Assembly (NCBI RefSeq): GCF_006345805.1
Contig: NC_043018.1
Coordinates: forward strand, 2,356,001-2,420,000
Direction: 5' to 3'
Origin: Octopus sinensis
Lineage: Eukaryota
DNA length: 64,000 nt
Part shown: in pieces, positions 13,311 through 25,619 of the stretch
Position numbering within the stretch: position 1 is the first letter of the stretch
Layout of the letters: every line of letters begins with the position of its first letter
Translations under genes and position numbers: made by a program
The notes under the pieces: model-generated
The model's database searches: none
What the model was told of the DNA's origin: nothing
Seen by the model: the letters and a program-made list of their open reading frames with translations, nothing else

Positions 13311-13775
13311 AGATTGAACTTCCAGGATGTTCTTTTCACAGCGATAATGCTCTTCTCAGTACATGAGTCGTTCCGGCTAACACGATTTTTTGCCCTTCCT
13401 GTAGGGATAGTGAGCCTGGTATCATTTTCAAATAGGTTTCAGTACCTTTTTTTTAATCATTCCTAGAGATCCTACAATCACTGGTACTGTAGTCGCTTTG
13501 AGATGCCACATTTTTTCAATTTCTATTAGCAAGTCTTTATATTTACTGATCTTGTCAAATTCTTTCGCCAAATTGTGATCGCAAGGAATACTCATGTCAA
13601 TTAATAAACACGCCTTTTTTGTCTGATCTTTTATAATAATATCCGGTTTATTAGCTTTTATAGTTTTCTCGGAATGTACGGGGAAGTCCTAGAGAATCGA
13701 CACATTTTCTCAGTCACAGCTTCAGGAAGGTGGTTATACTATTTGTCAGCGGTTTTGATTTTATAATGCCGACAT
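13311..13775 (-). mobile_element. R4/Dong-clade LINE 3' end (copy A)
   Basis: Manual translation: KANKPDIIIKDQTKKACLLIDMSIPCD...KISKYKDLLIEIEKMWHLKATTVPVIVGSLG...IVLAGTTHVLRRALSL* (stop at 13336). Confidence 0.85.
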
Positions 13776-13777
13776 CA

Positions 13778-13834
<57 letters not shown>

Positions 13835-13947
13835 CATTATTATTATTATTTTTTTTATTATTATCAGTATTAATATTATTACTATTACTATTACAATTAT
13901 TATTATTATCATCATCATTATTATTATTATTATTATTTTTATTTTTA

Positions 13948-14016
<69 letters not shown>

Positions 14017-14118
14017 TCATTATTAATATTATTACTATTACTATTACAATTATTATTATTATCATCATCATTATTATTATTATTATTATTTTTATTTTTA
14101 TTTTTATTTTTATTATCA

Positions 14119-14178
<60 letters not shown>

Positions 14179-14185
14179 CATTACT
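13776..14185. repeat. (TTA)n array containing a ~150-bp higher-order duplication
   Basis: The same series of interruptions (tattactattactattaca...atcatcatcatt...tttattttt) occurs twice. Confidence 0.9.
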
Positions 14186-14657
14186 ATGATTGTGTAAGAA
14201 GCGATTCATACATTTTTACGCAAAACCCCTTTCGCTGTGTATTTTCAATTCACCTGTAATTAGCTCACGCAGTTTACTATTTGCATGCGATACGGGGACA
14301 TTTTCATTAATAGGTCTTTCTAAAGCGATTAGTATTTGGTATAAAGAACAGTTTTTGAATACTACATTGTCGAAGGTTACTTCATTAAGTTTTTTGTTTT
14401 TCCTGAAGTTTATGGTTTTTTCATGAAATAATGGCTTTAAATTACGTAATTTATTTATTTATTGTACCCTTTGTAGCTTATAGTTAATAAATAAGTTACA
14501 TTCGGTTCCATTTACGTCTTTGAAAACAGTAAAAGTCTGTTCATTTTCAGAAGAACAAAGAAATTTCGACTGCAGTTATTTTTCTTATATTAGCACCAAC
14601 CATTCTGGAAGGAGTAACTTTGATGGACTTATAACACTGATTCTAGTGATTGAATTG

Positions 14658-14765
14658 CAGTATGCAAATAAGCTTCAGTATGCAAATAAGCTTCAGTATG
14701 CAAATAAGCTTCAGTATGCAAATAAGCTTCAGTATGCAAATACGCTTCAGTATGCAAATAAGCTG
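14658..14765 (+). repeat. 18-bp minisatellite, 6 copies (cagtatgcaaataagctt)
   Basis: Direct read. Every unit contains ATGCAAAT. Confidence 0.95.
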
Positions 14766-14951
14766 CGAGTGAAGCCTTTACGCTCATACATGACCAGTAA
14801 ACTAACACAACTCTAAAAATCTTACTGCAAGATTCATCAAGTCGAAGACTATACATTCGCACCAGGCAACAGATATAATTAATGGGGCATGGATTTACAG
14901 GTTTGGATATTAGCTGATGAGTTTGCCTGAAATGCGCTGATAATTTATATA

Positions 14952-15244
14952 CAACAATCCCTTGCCGTATGCGGAGCACCCAGCGCGGTTCGCCTTTCGC
15001 GGTTCGCCTTTCGCATTTCGCCTTTCGCGGTTCGCCTTTCGCGGTTCGCCTTTCGTGGTTCACTTTCGCGGTTTATTATTTAAGCTACGTCGATTCCCCC
15101 GTGGTCTTCTTTTGCATTTATAATAAAATAAATATATGCAAATTATAGAAATAATGAAAAAAAAATATACAGTATTGTTTCTACTTCGCGGATTTTCACC
15201 TATCACGCTATAACGTAACATCCGCGATAGTCGAGGGAATACTG
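14952..15244. mobile_element. Tc1/mariner-superfamily (pogo/Tigger-like) MITE with an internal 14-bp tandem expansion
   Basis: Degenerate TIRs (caacaatcccttg / cgagggaatactg) with TA on the left. Homologous to 57846-58079. The unit cgcggttcgccttt occurs ~6 times. Confidence 0.65.
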
Positions 15245-15347
15245 CAATAGGATATTAAAGTATTAGAGTAAATAAATATATATAAATGGCGTCAACTGTA
15301 ACTCACGTTAAATTGCTTTAATTTTCTGATCAAATACTTACGTACAT

Positions 15348-15575
15348 TGTCGTCGTCGTCATCATTGGCGGCGGCGCCGGTGTTTTATCGAGTGTCCTAT
15401 AATTTATTTGGTTTCTTCTCCTTTGCCCGTGTTTATATCTCAGATGACCAACGATACCGATTCTTGCATGGAAGCGTCTGTTATAAAGTTCACAAGTGAT
15501 CCGTGATGGACGTTTTGGTCGTTGCAGCCTCCATTTCTTTCTTGTCGTTTCTCTTCCTCTTTCCGCTGGCATCTT
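15348..15575 (-). mobile_element. RTE-clade LINE 3' end
   Basis: RITCELYNRRFHARIGIVGHLRYKH is a degenerate RTE C-terminal C2H2-like motif, followed by a (GAT/GAC)n tail. Confidence 0.7.
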
Positions 15576-15611
15576 GAAACTGAAGCTACATATATATTTG
15601 TCTACAAGTCG

Positions 15612-15691
<80 letters not shown>

Positions 15692-15738
15692 GGCCTGCTC
15701 GCTTAGCCAGTGGGGTGGCGTCATTGAAGGCTAAAATA

Positions 15739-15769
<31 letters not shown>

Positions 15770-16297
15770 CTTTTTGCGAAAAGTGGAACATGGAGTATAT
15801 AAAAGCATAAATAATAGAAATATTGTCTCGAAAACTCGAAGGCTTAAGTTGATGGGTTCGACTCCTCCATCCAGACTTTGAATTTTTCCATTAAAAAAGA
15901 TTTTTCTTCCCAGTATTTTCATGTTATGTGCGCCAAAATTCACGGTTCGAACGAATAAACTCTTTACGTTCTTTCGAAAGATTATGAATTTTATAACGTT
16001 GACACCAAATAATTTTCGCAGCTAAGGAAAACGTTTTTAAAGCGGGTGGTGTAATTTGAAGGATTGCCGTAGTCCAGTGAGACTTCTTCCGTCATGTCTA
16101 ATAGACAGATTAATTCAAGTCCCACAGCAGACTTCGATTTTTTAAATTCAATGTTCAGATATTATATGTGTAGCTTCATATCCCGTTCTCTCGATAGATT
16201 ATAAATTTTCATGCCATTAATAATCTATTCATCTATATGTGCATGTATATCTATATCAATATATATATAAATATATTTATATATTATATACACACAG

Positions 16298-16345
<48 letters not shown>

Positions 16346-16375
16346 ATATATATATAATATAATATATATATATAT

Positions 16376-16417
<42 letters not shown>

Positions 16418-16598
16418 TTTAATCAATATAGGGTAGCAAAAAATTCAATAGTAATTTATCGCCACCAGCGGTCTAGTGAGAAAGAGAAAATAGTCAAAGA
16501 CTGAATTACTACTACTTGGCGGTTTGAGTCCTGGCTGCTCTTTCTAGTGGTCGAATGGCCTATTAAGGCCATTCCTCAATTGTTGTTGAATATATATG

Positions 16599-16634
<36 letters not shown>

Positions 16635-16834
16635 TACGGAGATGTACTCGCATAGCAAGTGATTTGATCTGAGATCGGTGTGCTGAAACGAAAACAGTTG
16701 CAGCGTGGAAGGTGTTTCTAAGCCATTTAAGAAACACACAAAGCCGTTCGATTCACTTCAACATTTAAGTTTAATTTGTCAAAATATTTTCGTCGCTTTA
16801 AGACCTCGACCTGTTCACTGACAAAGATCCGTAC

Positions 16835-16838
<4 letters not shown>
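16635..16838. mobile_element. Short interspersed repeat between (TA)n tracts; second copy at 36960-37130
   Basis: gagatgtactcgcatagcaagtgatttgatctgagatc...caaaatattttcgtcgct is nearly identical at both loci. It carries a hammerhead-shaped fold, so a PLE terminal-repeat origin is inferred. Confidence 0.7.
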
Positions 16839-16879
<41 letters not shown>

Positions 16880-18419
16880 GTGTGTGTTGTGTGTGTGTGT
16901 GCATGCGTTTGTGCGTGTGCGTGTGCGTGTATATGTGTGTGGACGCATGTAACAATGATATACCAATCCCCTTCCAAATTGTGATACGGCCAATGTTCAA
17001 ACGACGTATGCAACCTGTCCTTTCAGTTGCTGGTTTCAAAAAGCATGTCAAAGGACTTTATAATGTGGCCCCTATTCCTTCTGCCAGGCAGCTGTGCTTT
17101 ATGCAACAGAATGGGTAAATCTTTGTCCGGGATCAGGGAGCATACAAGAGTCTCACATTACATCGTCTATGGCTTCTTTCAACGATTCTTTCTAGCAATA
17201 GCTTTGCTTGTATACAAGAAAGCCGCTGCTATGTATGTATGTGTGTATGTGTATGTATGTATGTATGTATGTATGTATGTATTTATGTATGTATGTATGC
17301 ATGTATGTATGTATTGTGCATGTATGTATGCAAGCATGTATGTATGTATGTATGTATATATATGTGTGTATGTATGTGTGTATGTATGTATGGGTGTATG
17401 TATGTATGTGTGTATGTATGTATGTGCGTATGTATATATGTATGCATGCATACATGTATGTATGTGTGTATGTATGCATGTATGTGAGTATGTATGTATG
17501 TGTGTATGTATGTATGTATATATGTATGTATGTATGTATGTAAGTTTGTATGTATGTATGTATGTATGTATGTATGTATGTGTGTATGTATGTATTCATG
17601 CATGTATGTATGCATGTATGTATGTATGTCATTATTCAATTTATTTCAAGATTTCTTGCCAATAGAGAAAGCAACCGGTTTCTAACCTAGATCGAATCTC
17701 CTTCAGTAGAATTTCAACATTAACAACAGGATATTTTAGTTTGAATGTATGTATTTAGGCATGTATGTATAAATGTGCGGTTAGATTTGTATGTTTTATG
17801 TATGTATTCTCATGCATATAGTTGCATACCTAGAATGCTCATATATATTAAATTATAAACTTCTGGAAATTTTACAGATTTTTACAGTTCCAGTAGTCTT
17901 CGAATTAGCTTTCTCTGTATGAAATTGTGTGTGTATGTATATATGTAAGTATGTACGTATGAATGTATGTGTGTAGATGTGTATGTATATAATATGCATC
18001 TGTGGATATGTAGATGTGTTTAGTATATTTTTCATGAGGTATAGCATGATGACGATTAAATATCTTATTGTTTTCTTCGTAAAGCCGGAACAGCGTGAGT
18101 TATGAGAAATGAGATATGTCAATGGTTTGTGCTATTATCATATGATTCGTTATTTCGGAGAATCGTTGTTGCAATTTTGCTATATTTTCAGTGGTGTGTG
18201 TATGGTTATAGCATTGTTATAACAACTAGTCACCTACCTGCATTTCTGTTCTCGTACAATAAGTGATTTTGTCTTTCTAATACTAATGGCATTTTTTATT
18301 CTCAGGTTCCGAACGTTCTGTTCCTTGGCTTCAATTAAAATTGCCACAGAACAAGAGAAGGCGTATCGGAGCAACTGTGACTGTTTGGTGTATATACATT
18401 TTGTTTGTGTGTCCTGCAA

Positions 18420-18630
18420 ACATAGTATTTTACTTTTTTTGTCCCCCTAGCATTGCTTGACAACCGATGCTGGTGTGTTTGTGTCTCCGTCACTTAGCGG
18501 TTCGGCAAAAGAGACCGATAGAATATGTACTGGGCTTACAAAGAATAAGTCTCGGGGTCGATTTGCTCGATTAAAGGCGGTGCACCAGCATGGCTGCAGT
18601 CAAAATGACTGAAACAAGTAAAAAGAAGAA
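18420..18630 (+). mobile_element. SINE family I 3' half
   Basis: Matches 61440-61645 and the reverse complement of 8095-8310. Confidence 0.8.
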
Positions 18631-19279
18631 AAAAAAAGAAAGAAATTGCTGTCCGGAATTATATGCATGACGGGAAGCATATACGTCGGTAGAATAACAA
18701 ACGAAAGTATAACGGCTTAATGAAATTTGTAAGAGTGCATGCATATCCAAACCAGTCTCATTATTAATATGCATATATGTATGAATGCGTTTATGAGTTC
18801 ATTCAGGGTTATCTGTAAATATCAATGTGATAATCCGATGCAGAGATATAAAAATGAAGTTTCTAGACTAAAGTGTAAAACTCCAAACCGCAATTTGCGT
18901 CAATCAGCGGTTATTCTGCACATTTAAATATCTTTCACTGGCTTCTGTCCACATATTTACATGCAGAATACACAAAAGCAAGCGTGGCTACGTTTTATCA
19001 GAAGACACCAAAGCTAAACAAATACGATAGCTGAATACCGACCATATTTAAAATGGAGTCTGTATATCACGGCACACACACACACGTTATTGTTTGTATC
19101 GATACACACACACATATACACACACGCAAATACGTCACACACATATCAATATATACATGTGTATATGTATGCATGCCTACACGTATCTTTTATTGTATAT
19201 CTGATTAAATACACTCACAGAGGCACACACACACACACCACACATATTAAGATATATATTTATAAATAACCAGTTTAAA

Positions 19280-19335
<56 letters not shown>

Positions 19336-19624
19336 TTTTTATAATATACACATTCATACATGTACACAAACTGACACGCATATATGTATATATAATTATA
19401 TATATATATATATATATGCGTGTGGTGTATATATATGTATAAGCTATTCTGAAGCTATTAATAGTATGTATATTTGTGCAAAATTTTACGAGAGGCTTCA
19501 ATGCATTTAGATATTTCAAAGCTTATAAAATACTAATAATATTTATTTTAAACAAGCTCTGTGAAAACAGCCTGCAACTATTAACATAAATACATATTCA
19601 CCTGCATACGCATAGATGTATATG

Positions 19625-19656
<32 letters not shown>

Positions 19657-19676
19657 AATATATACATATATATGTA

Positions 19677-19772
<96 letters not shown>

Positions 19773-20057
19773 TTATACATATATATGTATGTATATATAT
19801 ATATATATTCATATATATATATATTCATATATATATATATGTTGATAAATATATATATTCATATATATATGTGTGCATGTGTGTGTGTGTATGTAGGAGA
19901 GAAAAGCAATATAGAATTAGCACCAGTTTTTATTCAGTAGGACAATTCTTTTTCTGTCCGTTATGGGTGGGATATTGTGCATCTAACTGCGTCGCATCTT
20001 TCTGTGCGCTTTGTACCGCAACAGGTATCAGGTCGGTGCAAATATAATGGTTGATTT

Positions 20058-20700
20058 TAGGCTCGCTATTAAAGATGAAAATGCACTTGATTAAGACTAT
20101 ATTTATTCGTTAACATAATTTTTTTGCTTTCTAGAACTTCATTCCATCTGTCAAGGAGCTTACAAACGCTACGTTTGTAAAATTGTTTACGTGTTGATGC
20201 GAAATATGACTCCAAAACATTTTCTGTTGGTGTCAGCCTAAAACCATTCAAATGGCTGTTATATCTCCGAAACAAGTCATAATCAGAAAGAGCAAGATCT
20301 GGAGAATATGGAAGATGAAGAAATATTTCCCACTCTAGTGTCTCCAAGAAATTTTTGGTCAGTCCAGCTGTGTGAGAACGTGCATTATTATCATGGTGGA
20401 AGATGATACCCTTTCTGTTGACTATGCAGGGTCGCATTCTGTTCAAAGCAGCTTTCAAACGATGATGTTGATCACAGTTGAGATTAACTGTAACTGTTTG
20501 ATTGTTTTCTACCAGATCGTAGTGGACAATTCCTTCAATATTCCACCTTACACTCAACAAGATCTTCCTTGGATGAAGTCCTGCTCTTGGTTGATGAACA
20601 GGTCTTTCTGATCGGCTGAACCAAGATCGGCGGCGTTTAAAGCTATGGTAAAGGACCCACTTCTCATCACCTGTAACAATCCTTCTCAAAAATGGTTCTG
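20058..20700 (-). mobile_element. Mariner 3' half with an open catalytic-domain ORF (20069-20689, 206 aa)
   Basis: RIVTGDEKW...HHDNNARSH...YSPDLALSDYDLF gives a D,D,D triad with 35 residues between the last two D. TIR-like end at ~20058-20090. Confidence 0.9.
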
Positions 20701-20849
20701 CAACTTTTTTTCACTCAATACATCATCCGCGTAAACTCTCTGAAGAGACTTTGCATTGACTCTTTTATAAAACTCCTAGAGTAACACATGTCTGTGATCT
20801 TTAGATGAGACGATCATGGGTGCGAATATAGCAGAAGGTCATGGCCAAT

Positions 20850-21781
20850 ACAATCAGAATTTGAAAGGAAAAGGTATAAATGACTCTCATTGTGACATTC
20901 TTAAAACATTGTAAGAAACAATTTAAAAAAAAAAAAAATCTAAAACTGTTTTCCAAAAGTCCGTCATTGAGTAGGAGCCCCGTAAAACCACTGGAGAACT
21001 GACAAAAGTTAGCAAGAAAGCCATTTCCATGCGATCGTAAAATCAAAGGAGCTCGACAAATGGGTGCCACACGATTTGAATGAAAATCAGGAAATGCACA
21101 GATATGAAGGTTGTTCGTAGCTTCTTCTCCGTAACCAGACCGATCCATTTCTCAATCGTATTGTAACTTGCGATTACAAGTGGATTCTATAATATAATAA
21201 GAACGTTCTTCGCAGATGTTGGACCAAAACGAAGCACCAAAAGACCTTCCCTAAATGCAAGCTCTTCAAAAAGAAGGTTATGCTGTCTGTTTGGTGGTGT
21301 ACTGCTAGACTCATTCACTATAACTATTGTTGCAGAAACATATTACCATGAAATTGCGAAAATGAACGAGAAACAGTTAGTCCTGTACCCTAGACTGCTA
21401 AACAGACGAGTGACAATCATTCGTCATGACAATACTCGACCACACGTTACACTGATGACGCTCCAGAAGTTGAGGGAACTTGGCTTCGAAGTTCTTCCCC
21501 ACAAAACTTATTCCCCAGACCTACTACCACTTTTTCATGCATCTTGATGGTTTCCTGCGAGAGCGGGAGTTCAAAAATAAAACCGATACGATCAAAGAGT
21601 TCATCAGCTTCAAAACCCCAGATTTTTATGTTACAGGAATAAACAAACGTGTAAGTCGTTGGCAAAAATGTGTTCGCTGTAATTGTACATACTTTGATGG
21701 AAAAACAATTCCGCATTGTTGAAATATATTGTGATGAATATCATGTTTCAGAATGTTGCTTACATTTTACTCAGCCTGATT
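20850..21781 (+). mobile_element. Mariner remnant, heavily disrupted, with 3' TIR
   Basis: [32 protein letters not shown] and YSPDL motifs. The end gttgcttacattttactcagcctga is followed by TA repeats. Confidence 0.85.
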
Positions 21782-21786
21782 ATATA

Positions 21787-21841
<55 letters not shown>

Positions 21842-21842
21842 C

Positions 21843-21877
<35 letters not shown>

Positions 21878-22454
21878 TGTGTGTAGGTTTGTTCTTCTGT
21901 GTCTGTGCAAGCATCCAGTCTCACACATTGACACATGGTCTATTTCTTCGACCTCCGTTAATCACTCATTTATCTCTGGTTGTATCCCACTATGCCATTA
22001 ATTGCTATTATAAATCTACTGGATTAAAATGGCGACAGTCTTCTCCGTGTCATGTCCGACGTGTCCTTTTGCGCAAGATAAACGTTCGAAAAGGCCAAGC
22101 ATAATTTATGAAACTTAATCACCTGCTTCCCTGAAATACAATGTACTATAAATATAGACGTATTTATATTAATGAATATGTCATATCCTGTTGATGGCGT
22201 TATCTGAATGCGTTCATATCTGCCGTCAGAAGCGATACACTTTCCGCATGCATTTGTTGTGAAATCACAGACACCTACTAACAAAGTCACTCACACACAT
22301 ATATATCTGTATATATGTAAATGGAGATATACGTATGTACGATTATACACTAATCTACGATGCACGAATACAAGTTTGTGTTAGAGCAAATTCATTAATG
22401 TATGGAGAGACTGCATTTTAAAAATATATTGCTTCTCATTATTTATAACTCTCC

Positions 22455-22640
22455 GTAAGGCGGCGAGCTTGGCGGAATTTCGTCTGTCTACATGTTTTGA
22501 GTTCAAATTTCATCGGGGTCGACTCTGCCTTCCATCCTTTTCGGGGTCTGGAAAATAAGTACCCAATTGAGCACTGGAGTCTTACTCCCTGCCCACCAAA
22601 TTTCACAATGTGTGCCTATACTAGAAAGGATTAATTATAT
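22455..22640 (+). mobile_element. SINE family III, degenerate
   Basis: gtaaggcggcgagc...gagttcaaat...ggggtcgactctgccttccatcc matches the 1203 and 2327 copies. Confidence 0.7.
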
Positions 22641-22729
22641 TCCCATAAATATATATCCGCAGATTTATTCGTGCATACATACATAAGGGTCGTGTATGCT
22701 GTATATGCATTGTTTATATATATTTATAT

Positions 22730-22793
<64 letters not shown>

Positions 22794-22794
22794 A

Positions 22795-22995
22795 CGAGGG
22801 TGTGCTAAAAAGGTCCTGAGTTTGGGTCCTGAGGTGGATCTGTTAATTATGACTTTAATCACCATATTCCCTCTCACATTCAAACACTCATTGCAGAGGT
22901 CCTTGGGTTTTCTAAAAACACCATGAAAGAACTCGGAAGTTTGGGCCCCCCCCAACACAGGCACTTAAAGCCAGAAACTTTTCAGTACCATCTCG
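22795..22995. mobile_element. Mariner-type MITE (201 bp)
   Basis: TA|CGAGGGTGTGCTAAAAAGGTCCTG ... CCAGAAACTTTTTCAGTACCATCTCG|TA: imperfect TIRs with TA on both sides. Confidence 0.8.
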
Positions 22996-23027
22996 TATAC
23001 ATATATATTTAATATACATATATATAT

Positions 23028-23072
<45 letters not shown>

Positions 23073-23074
23073 AT

Positions 23075-23196
23075 TATCACCGTGATCACTGTGACCGACC
23101 AGGCCATCAGATGTTGTTACTCATCGCTGGTCACAATGCGCTTCGCATTGTTTTTTAGCCTTCAAATGACGCCACCCCGCTGGCTAAGCGAGCAGG

Positions 23197-23200
<4 letters not shown>
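23075..23200 (-). mobile_element. SINE family II 3' fragment
   Basis: Reverse complement of 11250-11360. Confidence 0.8.
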
Positions 23201-23245
<45 letters not shown>

Positions 23246-23873
23246 GAGAAATTAAAAAAAGAAAATTAAAAAAGAAAAATACGCATACTTACATAGTTTT
23301 TGTATAATTTTTGATATATCGACTGGTTTCACAATCGCTATTCATGATATTATGTTTTACTTATTTCAATATGTATTTTTTCTTAAGAGGAAATTTTGTG
23401 CATGTTGTTTGTGATGATATTTACTAGTGAATGACTCCACAAGAAGATAAATAACGGGTGGTAATTGGTTATCGTTATTATTGTTATTGCTGTGGGTAAG
23501 GTAAATAACTCTTCAGCTTTTGGAAATAGGAGGGGAATATATATGTGTACAAAGAGAGACAAGTTTCAAAAACCTTGTTTAGTGAGGGGATTTATGTACT
23601 GTGATGTAATCGTGAATTGAAATATGTAAAAAGGTAAAAGTTGGTTATGCGTGCATATTAAGACGTGTTCTGTAATTTTCAATGAAAAATGCTTCTTTAT
23701 TTAAACGTTCTTGTGGAGATATTGTGTCTTTGCACTGGAAGAAAGGGAAGACTGTGAAATTTCGTTTGATGTTACCTGCACATTTTTCTATATGTTCACT
23801 GAGAGGAATTTACCTGTGTTGCGGGAAACGGATTTGCTCTTTATGTAGAGTGGTTCTCTCTCTCTGTCTCTCA

Positions 23874-23916
<43 letters not shown>

Positions 23917-23983
23917 ATATATATATATATTCCACCTTATATCTTCCATATATATATATATAGTGTGTGTGTGTGTGTGTGTG

Positions 23984-24015
<32 letters not shown>

Positions 24016-24022
24016 TGTGGTG

Positions 24023-24065
<43 letters not shown>

Positions 24066-24699
24066 TGTATACACATATTGAATATTTTGGCATATTTTCG
24101 ACAAACATCACATTCACCTACGCAGATGCACGATCATGTGCTCTCGCACACACCTACAAACACACTCTCAGACACACCACAACACACACAGGCAGACATA
24201 ACAATTACAAACACACAAACGGATATACATGCATGAGAGGCCTAACACCACTCGCCTTCACCAGAAACACACACACATGCACATATTTCAACCAGGTTGC
24301 ATTGCTGCTACGTGGGTGTTAGTATGCCTGTTGGGAGTGTATTTCAGCCAACCACAGACGAGTGAATTCGTCTGATGAAGCGGGAGTAATGAATGCCGCT
24401 ACACTTTTTAGTGTAGAGGGATTTTAAGCTTGAAGTTACCAATGTGTGACGAACAGAGAAAAGGGAGTGGGAAAAGGGTTAACTACAGAGAATTTGAAAG
24501 TGGATCAGGGAACTAATAAGAAACCCCTAGTAATACAATCTGTACTCGTAACCGAGTGCATTCCTCTCCTGCTACCTCACACAATGAATTAAATTCTTTG
24601 ATATTGTTGCTACATATCCAATGTACCGACGCTCCAACAATTTAGTAAAACTATGCTAGAAACTGAAGATTAGCGCTTTAAATTTTCATTGAATTATTT

Positions 24700-25400
24700 T
24701 TGGCAGATAAGAACTGATCTATTTCAATCCACCAATTAACTATTTTCAAGAATTTGGATCCTCGCTTTTCTTCGTTTCTTTTACCGTATTGCCTTTGTTT
24801 CTTTCTTTGTGGAAATTTTCAGAAACAAATTGGTGTTGATTTTCGTTACATTGATCCTTACACTGTTCTTATTTTAGTGCATTAGCAATGATTCTAAACC
24901 ATTGATTTCGCTCCCAGACATACTCTTTCAGTATTGACCTGCTTGTTGCCAGTAGATACAAATCCTCAAACTGATGACAAATAGTTATATTGATCCCGAC
25001 TCACTGAAAATACTGAGCACTGATCGTAAAATATCCATGATGGATAATCGCTAACTATTCACATTTTACACAATCACTACAGAAACTTCCTTTTGTTCAG
25101 CTTTCCTCCATCCTGCCCACACGCTTTGCCTTCTTAAACACTTTCTTCTAAACGAATGTTCTTCGTAGCTTCTTAAAATTTTTTCCAAGAAATTTATTTT
25201 TCACCAAATATCTGTTTTCTGCATTACTTTGGTATCATATTCATTTCTTCCGTCTCTGACCCAGGTTAGCAAATATAACCTGTACCAATCCTCTCGCCTC
25301 TATCGTGTCTAGTGAGATCTCAGTTACTTCTTCAATTTTCGCATTCTCCATTTTTGTCCTATATTCACTCTATCCCGAGATCCACATCCCATGGAGACTA
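24700..25400 (-). mobile_element. Very decayed LINE RT fragment (RTE/CR1-like)
   Basis: Partial motifs GINI, FEDLYLLA (cf. FADDIVLLA) and SVRINVTK (cf. GLKINxxKT) in mixed frames. Confidence 0.35.
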
Positions 25401-25619
25401 CTGGATCATGTAGCTCACTGTCTCTTTTAAGACGTTTTGAGCGACGCTTAAATCACTACTTCATGTTAAAAATAACTACATTTCAGCGTTGCTTTGTAAA
25501 GGTAACTATCGCAGAATTTTTCAAGAATATGGTTCTACTGTTTCTTTCATTGCTAATGTTTCATGGACTTGGGGCATTCGAAACAATATGTTACTAGTAG
25601 TTACTGAATGTTGCAACTA

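Noticed and set aside
14658-14765. CRISPR-like regular repeats (also 1261-1790 and 30815-31060)
   Set aside because: Units are directly adjacent with no unique spacers, there are no cas genes, and the context is eukaryotic.
14905-14945. CTGATGA...GAAATGCG motif with a 6-bp stem I
   Set aside because: Stem II does not pair and there is no NUH triplet; too degenerate to call a hammerhead.
16960-17230. GC-richer segment, possibly a Tx1-like LINE fragment
   Set aside because: No diagnostic motif was found in any frame.
24360-24415. CTGATGAA GCGG..CCGC motif
   Set aside because: GAAA is replaced by TACA and no stem I or stem III partner was found.
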